Source: a virus
DNA length: 64,000 nucleotides
Virus record (IMG/VR): IMGVR_UViG_3300030108_004965
Location: 1 to 64,000 of that record
Reading direction: 5' to 3' (one strand)
Made by a program: the position numbers and the translations under genes
Shown here: piece after piece, positions 28,501 to 37,112 of the stretch
Numbering within the stretch: position 1 is the first letter of the stretch
How the letters are laid out: every line of letters starts with the position of its first letter
Notes under the pieces: model-generated
Database searches by the model: none
Told to the model about the DNA's origin: nothing
The model's input: only the letters and a program-made list of their open reading frames with translations

Positions 28501-29936
28501 GTGGGATATGTAAATTTAACTAAAAAATCCATCCATGGGTAAGACTTTTTTGCTTGTAAATCAACATCTATCTTATTTAATTTTGCAATATACCCAACAA
28601 GTGTCGGGTCTGAATTATAATCTCTGATAAACTTTTTTACTCCTCCGCCTTTTAATTTTACGAACTCGCAGCCCCTCTTTTTTACTTTTATAGATTTTAT
28701 TCTATAATGTTTTTTTGGAGGAGAAGATTGTGTTTTTCCGGGTATTTTAGCCGTAGTTCCCTCAGCGGTTTCAGTGGTTGTGATTTCTGGGTCTTCTCTG
28801 TTGTCTATTTCTTGTGCTATTTCCTCTATTGCTTCAGGTGTAGCTTTTTTTTGCACCTCTTGTTCTTCAAATTCTATTTTTATAAGTCTCGCATTTAACT
28901 TAGATACACTTTTTAAATTAGATCTTAAATTCCAGCCATTGTTTTTACCTACCCCTTTCAGTCTTTTATAAAATTCATCAATTCTTCTAGAATAATCTAT
29001 AGCATAGTAAGGCTTCTTGGAATCTTTGTAGATGATTTTCCCTTGTTGACTCTGATGAAAATGAGATTGATATTTGGCATACGTCTTAAGGGCAGAAGAT
29101 AAACGAGTTATTTGTCCAAAAAGCTTATCAACCTGAAGTTCAACGCTCGACTCCAGTTTAGTACTCTCTTCTTCTATTTCATCTGTAGTGGGGGCACTGG
29201 GCACAGAATCAAATACAAATGAGGGTATCGCTATTGAAACTTTCAATAAATTATTTTGAGGATCAACCCAAAAATCTTTTACATACGCGTATAATTCTAA
29301 AGCGTAAGGATTCGTAACCTCTGGGTATCTGTTCTTTGATTGTAGAATAATGTCCGTCAGGCTCAGTAGCGATGCTTCGGCGTCGCCAGAAGTTAAGGAT
29401 TTAACTGGCTTTGTATAATCCAGACACGGGGTTACATCAGGATAGTGTCGTCCTTCGCCAACTGGTTCGTCTTTTAGTAATTCAAAAACAGTTTTATAAT
29501 CATTATAATTTGTCAACAGTTCTTCTGCTTCAAGCCCATTGAGAGCAGGTCCGTTATGAAACGCACAAATTATTTGATCTGCTACTAGTTTATTAAAATG
29601 CTCAAGCATTAAAACCAATGCCGGCTGTACATAGTTTCGGAGCATCTCATCTCTTTTTGGACCCGGTGGAAAGTTTCCGAAGTTATTCTTCATTGAAAAA
29701 TTAGCAGATAAACCATATTGTTCTCCAAACTTGTCAGTGTGCACAGTTACCATGTATTCACAAGTTTTTTTATTGAAATATGGTTTATCAACCATTATTT
29801 TCCAGTTTGGCTCTATAAATTTTGGATCAGGCTTACAATCTCTACAGATTTCTTTAATTGGTATCGGCTTGGGAGATTCCTCACAAGCATCTGACTGGTA
29901 GGGTGCGAAGCCCGTTGGTGTTTCATCGGTAGACAT
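22536..29936 (-). CDS. Giant hypothetical virion-module protein (2466 aa), partly coiled-coil
   Basis: Long ORF between the spike and gp25 genes; charged helical stretches around aa 570-700 and 850-980; no recognisable domain. Confidence 0.65.
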   Translation of the reverse strand: MSTDETPTGFAPYQSDACEESPKPIPIKEICRDCKPDPKFIEPNWKIMVDKPYFNKKTCEYMVTVHTDKFGEQYGLSANFSMKNNFGNFPPGPKRDEMLRNYVQPALVLMLEHFNKLVADQIICAFHNGPALNGLEAEELLTNYNDYKTVFELLKDEPVGEGRHYPDVTPCLDYTKPVKSLTSGDAEASLLSLTDIILQSKNRYPEVTNPYALELYAYVKDFWVDPQNNLLKVSIAIPSFVFDSVPSAPTTDEIEEESTKLESSVELQVDKLFGQITRLSSALKTYAKYQSHFHQSQQGKIIYKDSKKPYYAIDYSRRIDEFYKRLKGVGKNNGWNLRSNLKSVSKLNARLIKIEFEEQEVQKKATPEAIEEIAQEIDNREDPEITTTETAEGTTAKIPGKTQSSPPKKHYRIKSIKVKKRGCEFVKLKGGGVKKFIRDYNSDPTLVGYIAKLNKIDVDLQAKKSYPWMDFLVKFTYPTLSIRYGELSIDDVEETAGSCIAENLAEFGMDLQDYVLNEVLSILEVFQYEWNSKNCVMLHNQDKVQELADTEPEKIYWKTKKNPTARDAKKNYDDTKRKEDEDRVLQDLYDKKESTLEQIRATTEKIKILDSRLELAIRELNESSNLMASTYSYSEQARIEKFREKLTQAVEKEANLRQQLAEIENKLSKRNRDKEISKKRRKTGLEARKQRRAEDHPYVREAKKLAYAEFNLQDDVITSLLALDTFQKSKQSPGADLQGGDNDEVAKISSRLSLCGLDSLLLTSLRCLMSGVEEEAAFKKIIKTTLKAMEIDVFGYFVESLPPTVQQELREKLNKNFEGLPLPWEEGYDAGAMDKTNPYTEYLKSPPERLEEKQNKVRRSKDKVDAKIIAFEEEAEFLGEAVKLAQESLDEWDQYIEGWVGSPEREKLIDESGRLTPEGLSIDTDMEQEFQRRKSELEKAKTELETHISGENLEEAVKDEKTRTELEVKWAELTSDERVKAAELASDATRINMGGDPDKKGSPGTYGTALGNAQELITDAYIEYLLDVMQFDQIMTILDGFPGARIVPFAITQAKCASQGMFKPPIKSFLSSLSLDTCGAIQAGLTFPSSVKPIPNFFKGNYLLVRLRNLFIKKISEALIQIVKGLLIKIFSILDDALCKGLGIAGQAALGGDTLGDALADAFCPNGDDDDLRGAGNGMMNAAGLPPDSWECLYNLLNTILSKQDYINLLTNTPQEMDQRTLNIIAESVKVFCPDFADVLGTPEQVGDLFAAGGNLLPPNIKDNLKQPEEPDQPLYNNICLTKDQYEDWRRSREKLYTDQGLDSDTAKDIMDKANDRALDDIGTLADALNDLDGLLGQALNKLLQPAATAAAADCAVDETALVFEDEKLAEDKLEALNSIFDQLQRRFNSDLIGRPRSFLNNVLRDSNNARLRGHELRVSLPILFANYVNDMDQWRFREENGSLLYTWQMRKMGTAEEDRAKGMFPETVGIWMKEQLEKEKLVYKSGTGPQISMKFSDNGAGDGEPNWSFELKYYVKRVDKSVKRIAAVETYVQKPSAMNILMNPSLESLRPTEVKNKILDIDSQDFVDVDKYYDFQYSDSKSFQALLFESFLKSKVGTELNTNGTRGAVFNEINSSVLNVVRNLVLEKPGGGTPTGFNFGYDFQQAITFADLTYVNPDATSDESTWEYTYENEDGVLGKSATDNPRVHFLDPALHGGSYKRPRIYIEPATYNGWLGMIKVFIPEERECEEMDLGFLNVKSLAKRAKEVERKLPFDERLSLSPDCRFEPPYDKISSPETHGIMEATVLATLRIYATEFVLRALPTFGSVAFSQNNIDGTLTQFVMSEMKNGMIDQTSRFNIVQSFTYYLLFLEQIVQVVQRQVKDGLLEKTDAITAAFDQINSTQRNYDYLNKRELIKGTAIIAFGPYWKKELREKGVDLDDEKTYKKISLKIARMLSPFKINLAAKIASIYDSMGTAEVIAGEMLKKEISDLVKKIDFNLRPRPHIYDIRKSLLSRAGIVLGSTLKSGETDVEQPVFEGQSGIDYGSVPHVRTADDSSHPLNGMEISVGSENLSTPEGVTNLDDFFAEGSSGILDDVLVDVARATLENTTVSLNPRKIKESLEAIAAATKEIKREYADAFISDKLNSALSINKAGFFYLEKYLRVFEKTQDGTLGSSQVYNIKEFQEILKNRDYDPSSYISDNFGNASLVLDEEDLEKVDGTIGIKFGVRLVYSPPSQFSYEQTMDTERERTYSLPPAKMIAKTKPSFKKMLENFPLTVQEGYLNELSDSLEVQLASSTRAIPVVVYEKDILDRKISEIDLEDDDFGEDLKCYVDNLTMQEDFDFLFDVCFPSKPYVSLMAIYSYYCFIHSIGEDVGDTESHETDEDAKGLANDAWKAAIFKKSKKAARKLFNATYRTDDDVKEEGRREKKDRNVEFLKNLLPNSYINIDSSVRWWQKWRIIDISPFDKDGNECKNDFQKMFDGA

Positions 29937-29938
29937 TA

Positions 29939-30988
29939 TTATTTTTGCACTCCTTTTCCAATATAAACAACTGTGCTTAAAATCCCAGCATCCTTCGCGC
30001 CATTCACAACACCGCCTTCTATACCTGTAGATGCAGCATCTTCAATGTAGTAATTGATTTGATCCATGATTTTCTCTGTTGTTGAGGATAAGTATTTCCC
30101 TACATGACCCATACCTTTAGAAATTAATACGGGGTCAGGAACTGTTTGAATGTAGCCTATACCTCCTCCAGTATGAAAATGTGAAGCCATGTCAATCCTC
30201 ACAGCCAAAATACGATCTTCTAGTTTTTGACAGTATTGGGCTACATTGTTTATCCTGTCGTTTATTTTATCTAAATACTTTACTAGTGAATCTCCTAGAA
30301 CTGCTTTTTCAAAGTCCCCATCTCTCCCAAGTACTGCTCCAATGTCAATTCTTCCTGTTGGGTGCTCATTTAAATTTGCAAGCCTTTCTCCACCCTCTGC
30401 TGCGCTTAGTCCTACCAAAATCCTCACCCTTTCCCTTCCAAGTACAAGAGTGTGATCGGCTTTCATTCCAATTCCAGATTTTAATTCAGAAGAAATTGAG
30501 GTTGCTCCATCGCCCGGACCAAGAGCAAAGTAGTTTTGTATGTCGCCCCTCTCTGTTAAGTAAATCCTAGCACCATCAGTAATAAAGTTTGCTCTGGTTC
30601 GAGTTGAGTCTGTGTGTATTTCTTTCTCGCAGGTCAATGATCCGGCCACAAGATCAATTGCTTCACACATTGTACCGCCAAGGCCACCAAGGCCAGTCCC
30701 TCTATGTCCATAATTATCTTTGGTTAAAACAATTCTTGCACCAGACAGTTTACCACCACGTTCTCTTCTAGCAATGACTCTTTCTGCAAAGGACACTGGT
30801 CCATATACCGGCATAACTTCATCATCTTTTGATAGAAAGAGACCGCTATTTTCCGGTATTTTCCTATCTTTAATGAGATTTTCGATCTGCTGAGTAATTC
30901 TTTTTCTACCTTCAGATGTTAGGTCTCTAAACGGAACCTTTTTTCTTGTTCTTTGCAGAAATTGTTTTTTAGTTTCAGGTGTTGTCAT
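29939..30988 (-). CDS. Putative baseplate spike / puncturing protein (gp5/gpV-like, 349 aa)
   Basis: C-terminal SHFHTGGG (HxH spike-tip-like motif); position between the lysozyme-bearing gene and the baseplate genes. Confidence 0.5.
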   Translation of the reverse strand: MTTPETKKQFLQRTRKKVPFRDLTSEGRKRITQQIENLIKDRKIPENSGLFLSKDDEVMPVYGPVSFAERVIARRERGGKLSGARIVLTKDNYGHRGTGLGGLGGTMCEAIDLVAGSLTCEKEIHTDSTRTRANFITDGARIYLTERGDIQNYFALGPGDGATSISSELKSGIGMKADHTLVLGRERVRILVGLSAAEGGERLANLNEHPTGRIDIGAVLGRDGDFEKAVLGDSLVKYLDKINDRINNVAQYCQKLEDRILAVRIDMASHFHTGGGIGYIQTVPDPVLISKGMGHVGKYLSSTTEKIMDQINYYIEDAASTGIEGGVVNGAKDAGILSTVVYIGKGVQK

Positions 30989-32382
30989 GGAGATGAATCA
31001 CTCCCGGACGATAGTATTGGATCAAATTTTGTTTTATTTTTATCATAAAGTGAAATCAAAGTGTAAACATCAGGATTAATTGTGGTGCTAAATTCTCGTC
31101 CATTCTCATCATACATTTTACATTCTGCCATAACAGACAATATTTTATTTCTGGCTGTTTTTAAAAGAGGCTGTATTGTCTCAACCTCGGTGGTTGCCCT
31201 ATTGGCAGTGGAACCATAGAATGTTTGATTACGTGTATCTGGTCTTGGATCACCGACAGAAGCCCATTCTTTAGCCAGATCTAGTGTTGCTTCATCAATG
31301 TCGTTATTTAACCCTAGCAAATAACCATGTAACGCTGGTCGTTTATAACTCATACACAATGCAGCCCCCAACATGTCTTGAAGTTTTTCGTTAAAAACCT
31401 CATCATCTTTGACAGGTGGATCGATGTTGTCCAAAAGCTTATAAAGAGCTTGGCTGTATTTTGGATCGTAACTTTGTGCTATTTGATATCTGCCAACTGT
31501 TAAAAACCCAGCACTTGGTCTTGTCGCTCTTATATCTATCATCCCTCTTAGTGTCCCGACAGTGGCTTCTGAAATTTTATTCTTTCCGTCAGCAAATGAT
31601 CTTGGCTTACCCCAGTTTGTCCTAACATCATCATCACAGTCTATGAATGGGCCTTGTCCGCTTGTACCGCAATTATAAGCATTATAATTTCCCTCACCTT
31701 TTGCAATTGCATCTAGCACTGGTTTTAAGTATTCATCCGTAGCCAATAGATCATACGCAGATCTTGTATAAATTTGATCCGATTTTTTTTTGTTGGTGAG
31801 TGGCTCTCTACTTTCCATTTTCAAGGCGCCGGGAGTGGATGTAGGGGCCGGAGTGTCATTACTTGATGTAGAAGAATTAGTACCAGATCCACCGTTTTTC
31901 ATAACATTTTTTGCTCCACTGCCTGAGCCGCTTTCTATTGGTCTCTTATCAGATAATTCAACTAAATCTAAAATTTCTATTCCGGTTCTTTGTTGATGAT
32001 TTATAAATCTGCACTGATAAATTCCTCCGGGTTGTAATGCTGTTTCCGACGATGCTTTTTTGAAACCTAAGGGGTGTGATAAAATTAAATTTTTTGCATC
32101 ACAAGTCCTCATTTCCAAGAAAGGGCTTGGTATAACAAATTCTGCAACATTTAAAGGTCTAACTCTGGCGAAGTAATATGAGATTACTTCTCCTTTTGTC
32201 GACAGCACATTCAACTCTTTAATGTCAGAACCTCCATTATAAAAACCAGACAAAACAATAGCGCGAAAAGATTCAGGTAATTGTTGACCGTATTCGCTGT
32301 CAATTATTATTTCATTTATTGATTCATTACGCGCCTGAACTCTCGTTTGTTGATCTGATGCTGCTGTTCTGTTTATTGCCAT
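30985..32382 (-). CDS. Baseplate-hub-like protein with C-terminal lysozyme / lytic transglycosylase domain (465 aa)
   Basis: LDAIAKGEGNYNAYN (catalytic Glu), VGRYQI, LQD..G, LAKEWASV match lambda-R-type muramidases. The N-terminal part is separated from it by a Ser/Thr/Gly/Pro linker. Confidence 0.75.
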   Translation of the reverse strand: MAINRTAASDQQTRVQARNESINEIIIDSEYGQQLPESFRAIVLSGFYNGGSDIKELNVLSTKGEVISYYFARVRPLNVAEFVIPSPFLEMRTCDAKNLILSHPLGFKKASSETALQPGGIYQCRFINHQQRTGIEILDLVELSDKRPIESGSGSGAKNVMKNGGSGTNSSTSSNDTPAPTSTPGALKMESREPLTNKKKSDQIYTRSAYDLLATDEYLKPVLDAIAKGEGNYNAYNCGTSGQGPFIDCDDDVRTNWGKPRSFADGKNKISEATVGTLRGMIDIRATRPSAGFLTVGRYQIAQSYDPKYSQALYKLLDNIDPPVKDDEVFNEKLQDMLGAALCMSYKRPALHGYLLGLNNDIDEATLDLAKEWASVGDPRPDTRNQTFYGSTANRATTEVETIQPLLKTARNKILSVMAECKMYDENGREFSTTINPDVYTLISLYDKNKTKFDPILSSGSDSSP

Positions 32383-32702
32383 TATTTATCCTCCGATTTT
32401 TGAATCTGATCAAAAATTTGAGCAAAATCTTTCTCTGATAGTTCATCTGAAGATTCTTGCTTTGACATTAAGCCGCAGAGTTTTACTAACTGTTCGTTCG
32501 ATCTTTGCAGTGTTTCAACGTATTTAGCCAAAGTCATACCAATGTCTTGATGTCTTGCATCATCAACGGCTAACCACTTAATGGCATCGTCTAGCAACTC
32601 CCTCGTTATTTCGCGGTCATCTTCTATGTTTTTAATTGCTTGTTCTATATGCTTTTTGCTTTTCATATTACTAATTAGATTTTTTTCAAATTTTGCCATC
32701 AT
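32382..32702 (-). CDS. Helical hypothetical protein; probable true start ATG 32666
   Basis: ORF coupled to the next gene; internal ATG (MKSKKHIEQ) lies 5 nt after a CTAATTA motif. Confidence 0.65.
   Translation of the reverse strand: MMAKFEKNLISNMKSKKHIEQAIKNIEDDREITRELLDDAIKWLAVDDARHQDIGMTLAKYVETLQRSNEQLVKLCGLMSKQESSDELSEKDFAQIFDQIQKSEDK
32672..32678 (-). promoter_or_regulatory. Putative late-promoter motif CTAATTA at the start of the structural module
   Basis: atCTAATTAgtaatATG(32666), just after the sigma-factor stop codon; no SD. Confidence 0.45.
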
Positions 32703-33393
32703 CCCAATTTTTTTTAAAATCTCGGTACTTTACTCTCATTTTATTGAGGTGGGTGACAACCTGTTTCGTGTTCATACCTGTTAATTCACGCAGGTACAAG
32801 TAGATAGCCTTTTTATTAAAAATTTCTATGTCATCAACAGAGGATAATATTATTTTTACGGCCTCGTAAACCTTTCTCTCGGCTTCTTTTTCATAATCGA
32901 TGTCCCAAGACTCTATCTCGTTCCATAAATTAGTCCAAAATTCCTTAGAAACTCTTTCTTGGTAATACTGATCTCCGGGATCAACAAATGTTGTCTCAAG
33001 TTCTAACTCAGCATTTTCATAAGGGATTTCTCTCTGGAGTCTTTTTGTGTTTCTTTTGACTTTATGTATGAACCAGTTCTTAGTTATGACACTAAAATAA
33101 GAGAATGCTTTAGAGCCGCGATTTGGATCATACTTGTCTAAAATTGTAGTTAACCAAACTTTGCATTCCATCCGCAACTCATCGATGTTGGGCAAATTTG
33201 TAAATTTATATGAAAATACTATTTTATCAACCATTTGATTAAATGCCGGTTGTATCCAATCAATGTATAGTTGTTCTTTTTCTGCTCTATTTTCACTGGT
33301 GCAAAACTTAAGAATCGCGTCTTCGTGATCCTGCGTAAAATACATTTTGCCCTTCGATTTCTTTCTCGTTCTCTTCATCACTTTCTTCCTCAA
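32686..33393 (-). CDS. Phage RNA polymerase sigma factor (sigma70-family, putative late sigma); start may be ATG 33378
   Basis: Region-2-like DELRMECKVWLTTILDKYDPNRGSKAFSYFSVITKNWFI and a C-terminal HTH-like KAIYLYLRELTGMNTKQVVTHLNKMR; sits at the head of the structural module. Confidence 0.82.
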   Translation of the reverse strand: MRKKVMKRTRKKSKGKMYFTQDHEDAILKFCTSENRAEKEQLYIDWIQPAFNQMVDKIVFSYKFTNLPNIDELRMECKVWLTTILDKYDPNRGSKAFSYFSVITKNWFIHKVKRNTKRLQREIPYENAELELETTFVDPGDQYYQERVSKEFWTNLWNEIESWDIDYEKEAERKVYEAVKIILSSVDDIEIFNKKAIYLYLRELTGMNTKQVVTHLNKMRVKYRDFKKNWDDGKI

Positions 33394-33694
33394 TAATAAT
33401 TGTTTCTAATGGATCAGTTATGGAAGTAATGTCGCCGTATTCTTTTTGAATAAGTTCCACCATTGTTCTAGTGTGGCTCATTAAAAACTCGAGAGTTTGA
33501 TCACCATAAAACATTTCCATGGAGTAAACCTTTTTTAGGTGTTCTCCATAATCTGATATTAATTCAACCAAATCACCGAGATTCTGTGAAACATAAGAAA
33601 GTCTCCTTGATTGTTCTTTGCTAAACCAAATTAATAATAAATTTAGACCAACCGAGATGGTCAAAGCAAGCCCTAGCCAAATTTTAATTGTCAT
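33308..33694 (-). CDS. Small membrane-anchored coiled-coil protein
   Basis: N-terminal hydrophobic helix IWLGLALTISVGLNLLLIWF followed by an amphipathic helix and an acidic tail. Confidence 0.6.
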   Translation of the reverse strand: MTIKIWLGLALTISVGLNLLLIWFSKEQSRRLSYVSQNLGDLVELISDYGEHLKKVYSMEMFYGDQTLEFLMSHTRTMVELIQKEYGDITSITDPLETIIIEEESDEENEKEIEGQNVFYAGSRRRDS

Positions 33695-33947
33695 CTCTAT
33701 AATAATCCTTTTCGGCCTCTTTTTTCATGTCATTTAAAAGGTCTCTATTTGCCTCGATAGCGGCTTTTGTTTTGTCACCTACCTTACTACCCTTTGGCTC
33801 AACAGAACGCTTCAGAAAGGGCATTTGCGGCACTCTATGAAAGTCTTTTGAATCACATTGTGGACAATTAGTTGCTTCTTCCATCATACCATGATGAATT
33901 TCGAAATGTCCGGGACAATCTGTGCACTGGTAGATATACTTTGGCAC
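33684..33947 (-). CDS. FmdB-family zinc-ribbon protein
   Basis: MPKYIYQCTDC...CPQCDS..FHRV (MPxYxYxCxxC...CPxC). Confidence 0.85.
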   Translation of the reverse strand: MPKYIYQCTDCPGHFEIHHGMMEEATNCPQCDSKDFHRVPQMPFLKRSVEPKGSKVGDKTKAAIEANRDLLNDMKKEAEKDYYRDDN

Positions 33948-34159
33948 TATTGGACACTCGTTTCAATAGTTCCGCCTTGTATAGTGGTTTCGTTTTTTAC
34001 TTCCACTGTAGGAGGATTGGTGACAACCAACTGATTCATGTCATCGATTTGTATTTCGAAACCAGTTAAGACCGGTACGATGTCTGTTTGTTCCATTAGT
34101 GATTTTTGTAGGGCCATCATAATTGCTCCTACGGCTTGGTTTGATAATGTATAATTCAT
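33947..34159 (-). CDS. Hypothetical protein (70 aa)
   Basis: AGGAG Shine-Dalgarno upstream; coupled to the FmdB gene. Confidence 0.6.
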   Translation of the reverse strand: MNYTLSNQAVGAIMMALQKSLMEQTDIVPVLTGFEIQIDDMNQLVVTNPPTVEVKNETTIQGGTIETSVQ

Positions 34160-34168
34160 TTTTTCTCC

Positions 34169-35122
34169 TTACCATTTAAAATTGGCTTTATAATATCTAA
34201 CTATACTGTTTAATTCTTCAGAAAATTTCTTTTTAGGCTTCCAGCCTAGATTTTTTAATTTATCGTCGTTTAGGGCATACCTAACATCTTGACCTTTTCT
34301 TTTGTGACTGAGGTCTAAATATCTACCATATGTTTTTGGTAATTCTCCAAAAAATGCTGCTAGGATTTGTTTGGCAGTCTCAAGATTTGTTTGCTCAAAG
34401 CCCCCAGCGACATTAAAAATTTCGTTTTTTACACCAGACTCAATTATTGTTGTCACAGCAGTCGCTGTATCTGCAGAGTGTAGCCAATTTCTGATCGGCA
34501 ACCCTTGATCATGGAGTCTGATTATCTTTCCTCTTTGGAGATGCTTTACACAGATAGGAATCAATTTTTCTGGGTATTGGCCTACTCCATAGTTGTTCGT
34601 GGGTCTCAAAATCACATACTCTAAATTATATGTCCGGGACCATGCAAGAATTAACATGTCGGCTGCTGCTTTAGAGGCAGAATAAGGATTGGATGGATTA
34701 AGAATGTCAGTCTCGATGTGCTCCCCTTCTGTTATGTCTCCGTAAACTTCGTCAGTACTAAAATGAAAAAAGATTGGTCGTGATTCAATGTTTTCGGGTT
34801 TTTTTCTAATCAAATCTAGTAAGTTCTTTACACCTACTACGTTTGAGTGAATAAAATCTTCAGAATCTATTATACTATTTCCAACATGTGATTCTGCTGC
34901 TACATTGATTACATAATCACAGTGTGGTAAATATTTCAATTTAGCAATGTCCTCTTTTAGAAATTTAAAATTTTTATGTTTATCAAATTCGTCTAGAAAC
35001 TGAGGGTTTGCAGCGTATGTTATCTTGTCTATTCCCAACACCTGCCATCCTTTGTTTAGACACTCTCTCGTCACATGTGAGCCAATTAAGCCTAGGCACC
35101 CTGTTATGATTACTAATTTCAT
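34169..35122 (-). CDS. rfbB: dTDP/NDP-glucose 4,6-dehydratase
   Basis: ITGCLGLIG, NVAAESHV..SI, HFSTDEVYGD, PSNPYSASKAAAD, RPTNNYG..QYPEKLIP, RKGQDVRYALN. Confidence 0.92.
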   Translation of the reverse strand: MKLVIITGCLGLIGSHVTRECLNKGWQVLGIDKITYAANPQFLDEFDKHKNFKFLKEDIAKLKYLPHCDYVINVAAESHVGNSIIDSEDFIHSNVVGVKNLLDLIRKKPENIESRPIFFHFSTDEVYGDITEGEHIETDILNPSNPYSASKAAADMLILAWSRTYNLEYVILRPTNNYGVGQYPEKLIPICVKHLQRGKIIRLHDQGLPIRNWLHSADTATAVTTIIESGVKNEIFNVAGGFEQTNLETAKQILAAFFGELPKTYGRYLDLSHKRKGQDVRYALNDDKLKNLGWKPKKKFSEELNSIVRYYKANFKW

Positions 35123-35482
35123 TTAATCTCCTTTTTCTATTCTATGACTGTCGCTATCGAAGTGTTGAGTCGAGAACTCAAACAACTCAGTATCCTCCAG
35201 TGCTTCCATTTGATGTCGCAAACCGGTTGGGATGTGAAAATTGTCTCCGGGCTCTAAAATAGTAACATTGGCTTTTTTTAGATCATCCTGATGTGAATAT
35301 CTAACCAAAATTTTTCCTGATTGAATATAAAAAACTTCATCTTTTATTTTGTGGTAATGCCAAGAACACTTTTTTCCTTTTACAAAATATAAAAGCTTGC
35401 CACAGTATTGATCACAGTTGACGATCCACTTTTCAAAACCCCAGCCTTTAGGAACGAACTTTATTGGTAAAAAATTCGACAT
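35123..35482 (-). CDS. Cupin-fold sugar isomerase/epimerase (mannose-6-P isomerase / D-lyxose isomerase-like)
   Basis: VPKGWGFEKWI, SWHYHKIKDEVFYIQSG, IPTGLRHQM cupin motifs. Confidence 0.8.
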   Translation of the reverse strand: MSNFLPIKFVPKGWGFEKWIVNCDQYCGKLLYFVKGKKCSWHYHKIKDEVFYIQSGKILVRYSHQDDLKKANVTILEPGDNFHIPTGLRHQMEALEDTELFEFSTQHFDSDSHRIEKGD

Positions 35483-35780
35483 CTTTCACTCCTTTATCAT
35501 CTATGTAAACATCACCAGAGGGCTTTCCCAAGAACAAATTATGATACTTTACGCCCCAATCCTTCAGTTGTTGCACTGTTAAGTCGTAAAACAAATCATA
35601 CGCCATTGTTTGATTATTATTCGATCTTCCCATGCCCCTTGCTGTTAAGAGTGTTATTTTGTGCCCCTCATCAAACAGTTCATTGATAACCTTAATTCTA
35701 TTGTCAAATGGCTTTGCTTCTTTATATTCCCCACTTGTTAAAGAACAAATCGTTCCATCAATATCAAATACGTATGTCAT
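35448..35780 (-). CDS. HAD-superfamily phosphatase (capsule-biosynthesis phosphatase type)
   Basis: FDIDGTI (motif I), LLTARG (motif II), GKP..DVYIDDK (motifs III/IV). Confidence 0.85.
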   Translation of the reverse strand: MTYVFDIDGTICSLTSGEYKEAKPFDNRIKVINELFDEGHKITLLTARGMGRSNNNQTMAYDLFYDLTVQQLKDWGVKYHNLFLGKPSGDVYIDDKGVKDVEFFTNKVRS

Positions 35781-36187
35781 TTTTTCTCCAATATCTTGGT
35801 TGTAGAATAATCTCCAATGCGATCAAAGAACACAAGTTGTTTACAATGCTGTTGTCCGACGACTCTTTTTCCTTTCCAATCAGAGCCTATAACCATAACT
35901 TGGATGTTATTTTCAATCAAATGATTTTCTAATTCACCATCTGTTGAATAAGATACTACCTTATCAACGTGACGTATTGATTCCAAGAAATACTTCCTAT
36001 CATTTAAGTCATTAAAGGGCCGAAATGGACCTTTATTTGCCTTCACTCTTTCATCGGTATCAATACCTACCACCAAGCTATCTCCTAGGCTTCTAGCATA
36101 CTCTAATAACTCTATGTGGCCCCTGTGGAGCACATCAAAACAGCCATTTACCCAAACATTAGTAATTTGCATACCACGGCCTATCAA
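35777..36187 (-). CDS. Sugar-phosphate nucleotidyltransferase (RfaE/HldE domain II or TagD-like)
   Basis: NGCFDVLHRGH (HxGH), VVGIDTDERVKANKGPFRPFN, C-terminal RIGDYSTT. Confidence 0.85.
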   Translation of the reverse strand: MIGRGMQITNVWVNGCFDVLHRGHIELLEYARSLGDSLVVGIDTDERVKANKGPFRPFNDLNDRKYFLESIRHVDKVVSYSTDGELENHLIENNIQVMVIGSDWKGKRVVGQQHCKQLVFFDRIGDYSTTKILEKK

Positions 36188-37112
36188 TTAGTTTGTACAT
36201 CTTTATAAGTTGCTGAATTCCTTGATCCAAGTCATACTTACATTCAAACCCTAAATCATAAATTTTTTGACTACTAACAATATAATCTCTTTTATCTGGG
36301 TCTTGTGTGAATTCTGCTTTTATTATTTCAAGGGGGACATATTCTTTTATCTTCTCTGCTAACTGAAGTTTGTTCATGTTGATACTGTCATTCCCGACAT
36401 TAAAAGTTTGATTCCTGCATTTTTGCCAATTTTCTATAATAAACTCAAATACACGACAAATGTCCCAAATGTGCACATAGTTCCTCATAAATTCACACTC
36501 ATAAAGGACTAGGATCCTGTCTTTTAAAGCCTTAAGAACAAAGTTATTTACCAACAGGTCTGTTCTTGCTCTACTAGAAGGACCGAACACAGTCGCCAAT
36601 CTTAAAGTACAACACCCCTCGGTATTTTTATATATGGTTTCGGCGTCCACCTTGGTTTTGCCATAAAGAGAAACGGGATTTAAAGGAGACTCCTCTGTGC
36701 ACACAGAACCATCCTTGCTTACTCCATAACCAGAATTGGTGCAGGGATAAATTAAAATTTGCTCTGATGTTTTATTTTGTGCTATCCATTTATTTACGTC
36801 AAAATTTATCTCTATAGTATCTCTTTGTCTTTTCTCGCATAAAGGAAAACCAACCAGAGCAGCCAGTGGTATGATTACGTCTGCTTTTTTCATAAAAGAC
36901 CGCATAACGTCAGTTTGTCTCACGTCTATCTTGTCAAAATAAAAATTGTCATGTCCGACATATCGCAACAAAGAATCGGGCTCATACTCTAGATAGTCCA
37001 AAACCTGTACTTTGTGTCCGCTTTTTAATAAAAACCCAACTAATTCACTGCCGATGTATCCGGCACCGCCTGTTACTAGAACATTCACCTTTCGATTCTC
37101 CCAATTAACCAA
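36159..37112 (-). CDS. NDP-sugar C4-dehydrogenase/epimerase SDR, Campylobacter Cj1427 (WcaG)-like
   Basis: TGGAGYIGS, ADVIIPLAALVGFPLC, LIYPCTNSGYG, CTEESPLNPVSLYGKTK, LRLATVFG....R.DLLVN.F, DPDKRDYIVS follow the recalled Cj1427 sequence motif for motif. Confidence 0.8.
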   Translation of the reverse strand: MVNWENRKVNVLVTGGAGYIGSELVGFLLKSGHKVQVLDYLEYEPDSLLRYVGHDNFYFDKIDVRQTDVMRSFMKKADVIIPLAALVGFPLCEKRQRDTIEINFDVNKWIAQNKTSEQILIYPCTNSGYGVSKDGSVCTEESPLNPVSLYGKTKVDAETIYKNTEGCCTLRLATVFGPSSRARTDLLVNNFVLKALKDRILVLYECEFMRNYVHIWDICRVFEFIIENWQKCRNQTFNVGNDSINMNKLQLAEKIKEYVPLEIIKAEFTQDPDKRDYIVSSQKIYDLGFECKYDLDQGIQQLIKMYKLIDRPWYANY

